From contig NC_045696.1 in NCBI RefSeq assembly GCF_009834535.1, positions 62,870,001 to 62,934,000 of the forward strand: a DNA stretch of 64,000 nt, read 5' to 3'. The notes below the pieces were generated by a model. It saw only the letters and a program-made list of their open reading frames with translations, was not told the origin of the DNA and did no database searches. Both the position numbers and the translations under genes were made by a program. Below, piece by piece: positions 63,256 to 64,000 of this stretch. This stretch comes from Camelus ferus. Its lineage: Eukaryota. Positions within the stretch are counted from its first letter, which is position 1. Every line of letters begins with the position of its first letter.

Positions 63256-64000
63256 TTGGAGACATTCTAGTATTTTTCAGCTCATGAAATGTCTGTGAAC
63301 GTCCAAAAGATGCTGCGAATCCTGCTCATACGTGACTATCAGTCCCACCTCCTTCCAGAACCAACAATAATTCCAGTAACTCCTTGTCCACATGAACCAC
63401 CATACAGTTTATAATAGTTTATTATCCATATCACAGATGTCCCTGGGAGGCAGACACGTGATCCCCAAAGAGGTGAAGAAATCCCAGGAGTAGCTGCTTG
63501 TCCAAGATTCTAGAAATGTACGTGTCAGAGCTGGGCCCAAACCCCCAAATGTGTGATTTTCCGGTGCTCCCCTGGGGACATCTGTGGCTGTCTGGGCGGT
63601 GAGCACAGGAGCATGTGACGCTCGGCAGAGGAAGGGCTCCTGCAGATCCCCCTCCACCGCCCCCTTCTCGCCCCATCCCAGGAGTCTGGCCTCGTGATTT
63701 TGACGTGATCACTGGGGCAGCAATCAGGCCCTTCGTCCTGGGCTCTGTCTGCAGGTCTCAGGGGCAGAAGCATCTTTGGTCAAGTGTCTCTCTTCTTCCC
63801 TCCTCTTCTCATCATTGAGCTTTTATAGTTTTAATCATCTAATTGCTTTGTCATCTTGTACTTTAAAAAGTGTATTGCTTTTCTTTGTTACGAAAGTGGT
63901 ATCTATGGAGTATAGCAAGTATGAACAAGCAAACAGAAAGTGAAACTCAGTATCACAGTAGAACTCTTTTCTGCTTTCCTGGAGTGTCCCCTCTGGTCTC

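Noticed and set aside
1..64000. The six-frame ORFs as host protein-coding genes
   Set aside because: All are under 200 aa, many use non-ATG starts, they overlap on both strands, and none resembles a host protein I recognise. Small spliced exons cannot be excluded without alignment.
1..64000. CRISPR array, operon or other prokaryotic or viral system
   Set aside because: No repeat-spacer array or gene-dense coding region; the content is typical mammalian interspersed repeats

Overview
Mammalian, repeat-rich, non-coding genomic DNA. Two tRNA-derived SINEs resembling the camelid Vic family, plus young artiodactyl-type L1 3' ends, point to a camelid (alpaca, llama or camel); this is recognised from recall, not from a search. 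I found no supportable host protein-coding gene, functional RNA gene, CRISPR array or prokaryotic system. The listed ORFs are chance frames or decayed transposon fragments. The window holds layered mobile elements: L1 pieces, two HAL1-like copies in opposite orientation, L2, MIR, CR1/L3, several MaLR LTRs, an ERV1-like solo LTR, an LTR33-like element, MER5, MER53 and a ~2 kb hAT-Charlie transposase fossil. Between them are two CpG-rich patches and several motif-dense blocks that look like enhancers. The best leads are: (1) a 253-bp poly(A)-tailed insert with an exact 16-bp target-site duplication (TSD) inside an L1, probably a retrocopied transcript 3' end or transduction; (2) a divergent cluster of CTCF-like motifs at 904-954; (3) a cleanly bounded solo LTR; (4) candidate Hox and inflammatory enhancers. 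Repeat subfamily names and most boundaries are approximate and need RepeatMasker/Dfam confirmation.
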